In this document: positions 61,247-64,000 of the stretch, piece by piece
Layout of the letters: the number at the start of each line of letters is the position of its first letter
Numbering within the stretch: position 1 is the first letter of the stretch
NCBI GenBank assembly: GCA_950097015.1
Contig: CATNEN010000038.1
Location: forward strand, 17,360,001 to 17,424,000
DNA: 64,000 bases
DNA from: Macrostomum hystrix
Lineage: Eukaryota; Animalia; Platyhelminthes
Direction of reading: 5' to 3'
Notes under the pieces: model-generated
Told to the model about the DNA's origin: nothing
Database searches by the model: none
Seen by the model: only the letters and a program-made list of their open reading frames with translations
Program-made: the position numbers and the translations under genes

Positions 61247-62927
61247 TCAGCTCTCAGTTCCAGACGCGAATCCTGCGCAGTCGGGATCTGGTCCAGCCGA
61301 AATCGGCTGAGGCGACGACGACGACGATGGCTGCGGGTTCGCGCCAGGCTCTGCTGTGTCCGCAGTTGTCGGCTGCCGCTGAGGATTGCGCCTGCGACGC
61401 TTCGGCTGAGGCGGCTGGCCGAGCGACAGCTGAGGAAGCGGCAGCGAGTTGCGCAGTCGACGTTGTTTAGAGAAGTCAGCTGAGGCGGCCAAGGCTGCAA
61501 CCTGCGTGGAGATGCGTAAGGATGATGACTTAGGGGATAAGTCGGTAAGGATGATGACTTGGGGTATAAGTAGGTAAGGATGATGACTTAGGGGATAAGA
61601 GAGTAAGGATGATGACTTAGGGGATAAGAGAGTAAGGATGATGACTTAGGGGATAAGTAGGTAAGGATGATGAATTAAGGGATAAGTAGGTAAGGAGGAT
61701 GACTTAGGGGATAAGAGAGTAAGGATCATGACGGAAGTAGACTGTAGAGATCAGAATTCAGGGAATCAAATTAGGGATCATTGATCAAACAGCAGGAGAA
61801 TAGAGATAAGGGGAACAGCATGGGATTAAATAGCCAAAAGATTAGAAATAAGGGGATCATGTGGCGGGATCCGCGATAAGGGGATCCTACAGCACGTGAT
61901 CAGGGATTATGGTTTATTGAGCAGGGAGTTTAAGAGAGTAGGAGAACTAAATACAAATAGGAAACGAAAGAAAATAATATTTTGTTACTGTCAGACAATT
62001 AAGGATTTAAAATGATTTGTCACTCACTTTGGCCTCGCTGGCTCTCCTATTGCGGCAAGATTTGATGGCTCCGGCAGCGTAGGCGCCAGTGCCATTTAGC
62101 TCACAGGTGAGGCATTCGCATTCACAATTGCCGCAGCCAAAGAAGTGGTGGCCATAGTGCAGTAGTACTTCGTCATCCTTAACAATTGTTCGAATCACTT
62201 CGTAATGAGCAGAATAACTGCCGGCTGGCACGAAGCGAACATTTGGCCGACAATCGTGATTGATGTAAGCCGCCGGGCCTAGCCAGAGTTGGGAGCAGTG
62301 CTTCCTAGTTGAATACATCACTGAGAAGTCGTTAACGCCAGGCTTCAGATAGCCACCGTCGGCTTCCTCCTCCGGGGCCACTTCGGCAATGCAGCCAATC
62401 AGCATGTCGATGCGTTGGCCAGGCTGCCAGTCTCTAGTTGATACAATCCTAGCACCGACCCGATTCTCGTGCAGGTAGCGTCGGCAGGCTTCGATTTTAA
62501 CACCGGACCGACTATCGAACAGGTGCAAATAGCGGCACAGATGAGAGCGCAGATTCGGATCTGTACGCCTACTAGCCGGCAGAAATGGTCGATAAGGACG
62601 CAAACAGGCGTTCTCGTTATCAACAACAAACGGTGAATCGCCGCTAGGAATAGAATCGGCTTTTAGCAGGGCGTCGCATGCTTCCTCGTAGTTCTGATCT
62701 AATTGAAACTGTTCCAAAGCTCGCCGGCAGGCCTTTCTAAGCCGCGGTGGGGCGCGAAATCTCTCGCACATTTTATGCGTGCCAAAGCCCAGATAGGCGT
62801 CAACTGTCAGGCAATTCGCCAAGTCGTCTAGATCGCCTAGTTCGCGGGCTGTCAGGCCGCCAGTGTAATTACACGGCCCAATTAATGTGGCGACAGTTTT
62901 AGCGCCTTTTGATGTTGCCAACTTCAT
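61247..62927 (-). CDS. KMT5B: Histone H4K20 methyltransferase SUV4-20 (KMT5B/C); exons 62927-62028, 61501-61247
   Basis: GLTARELGDLDDLA..L.VD.YLGF.THKM, NDFSVMYSTRK.CSQLWLGPAAYINHDCRPN and post-SET YG..FFG..N..CECLTCE..GTGA. Confidence 0.93.
61517..61731. repeat. 29-bp minisatellite (GTAAGGATGATGACTTAGGGGATAAGTAG), SUV4-20 intron
   Basis: About 7 tandem copies. Confidence 0.93.
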
Positions 62928-64000
62928 AATAGACGGTGCTGGCCACTGATGCCGCCAAAGTATGTAGTGGCGCTTTGAATTGAGTGACTGACGCCAATCT
63001 AAAATTTCGGCGTCTTTGATAATGAGTTATATCTAGTGGATGGCACAATTTAATTATAATAGTATTGGTTAATGATTTACTTTAAAGGAGATTATATTAA
63101 AATAATAGAAATGTTTGCATTTTGACCAGCCAATTCGGAATATTTTTAAGCAGTAGGCAGCAAAAAAAGCACATAAAAGTTTTTCTGATTTGTCTAAATT
63201 ACAATGAACTTAAAAAGCTGCTTATGAAGGTATCAGAAACCTACTTTCTTCAACATAATTATATGAAAGAATTAAAATGTGCATTTCTTTTTTTTTAATG
63301 CTCACGTTTTAGATTATTTTGCTAAAAATAAATAAAAAATTGTCCTAGAGCCATGGAGCCTAATTGTAAGGCATAAGACAAAAGATATTGATTAATTTAA
63401 AATTTGAATTACTGTGTGCTTTTTAAACGTGGAAAATAACTACTATTGTATATTATAAAATACACCTAGAATGAATGGATAAAAATACACATTTAAGTAA
63501 CTAGCAAAATCTAGTAATAAACATAATATCTTTTTGTGATTCTGAAGAGGACCTTAAACTGCACCAAGTTATTTTTACCCAGTTTAAGCAACTTGTGCCT
63601 TAAGATAGGATCATACTAGCAGTATTATCTTTTGTAGTTTCTGATATTGGTTGGTCAACCACTTTGTAGCAACAAGAGGTGTCCAACTAAGTTTTAATTT
63701 GCATGAAACATAACCACAGGCTCATTTAAAATAGGGGATAGTGTTACAATAAAATTTCAAAGCAATTTTTTTGCAAACAAAATGTAGTGGCAAGAAAAGT
63801 TTTACAACCAAAGTTTGATGAACAAATTTTATCGAAGCAAACTTCCTACAAGCAATTAAAATAAGGATTCAATGTAACACTATTTTACTATATCATATAG
63901 GCCTTTACCAAATATTGAAGCACCCTATTGGAATAAGTTGACAAATTGCGTCTGACCATACATGCGCAACACCCGGCCGACCCGGCCGAACCGGCCGGGT

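Noticed and set aside
61517-61731. Interstitial telomeric repeat (TTAGGG)
   Set aside because: TTAGGG occurs once per 29-bp unit, not as tandem hexamers.

Overview
Eukaryotic (metazoan invertebrate) genomic DNA with GT-AG spliced genes. The architecture (GC-richer exons, Gln/Ser-rich linkers, minisatellite-filled introns) suggests a Macrostomum-like flatworm; that assignment is inference only. I reconstructed ten protein-coding genes by hand, checking exon phase: the 3' end of a SENP6/7-type SUMO protease (+), an intronless calmodulin-like gene (-), FAF2/UBXD8 (-), metaxin-2 (-), an MKK3/6-type MAP2K (-), an ankyrin-repeat protein (+), a CSK-like tyrosine kinase (-), TMEM185 (-), a PNPLA2/ATGL-like patatin lipase (-) and a SUV4-20/KMT5B methyltransferase (-). 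About one third of the window (~21 kb) is 24 tandem arrays of roughly 12-44 bp units, each with its own private unit. Of the 16 coding introns longer than 500 bp, 13 hold such an array and the other 3 hold transposons. More than half the units share a GGAT/ATCC core, and intronic arrays tend to be C-rich on the pre-mRNA strand. Mobile elements include a non-autonomous Helitron (with a nested hAT MITE) in a metaxin intron, a second hAT MITE, a solo LTR with a 4-bp TSD, a TIR MITE and three tRNA-derived SINE families with nested insertions. Eight of the ten genes form two co-directional runs with splice acceptors just upstream of their ATGs, consistent with SL trans-splicing or operons. There is no CRISPR array or other prokaryotic system. 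Repeat boundaries are approximate.
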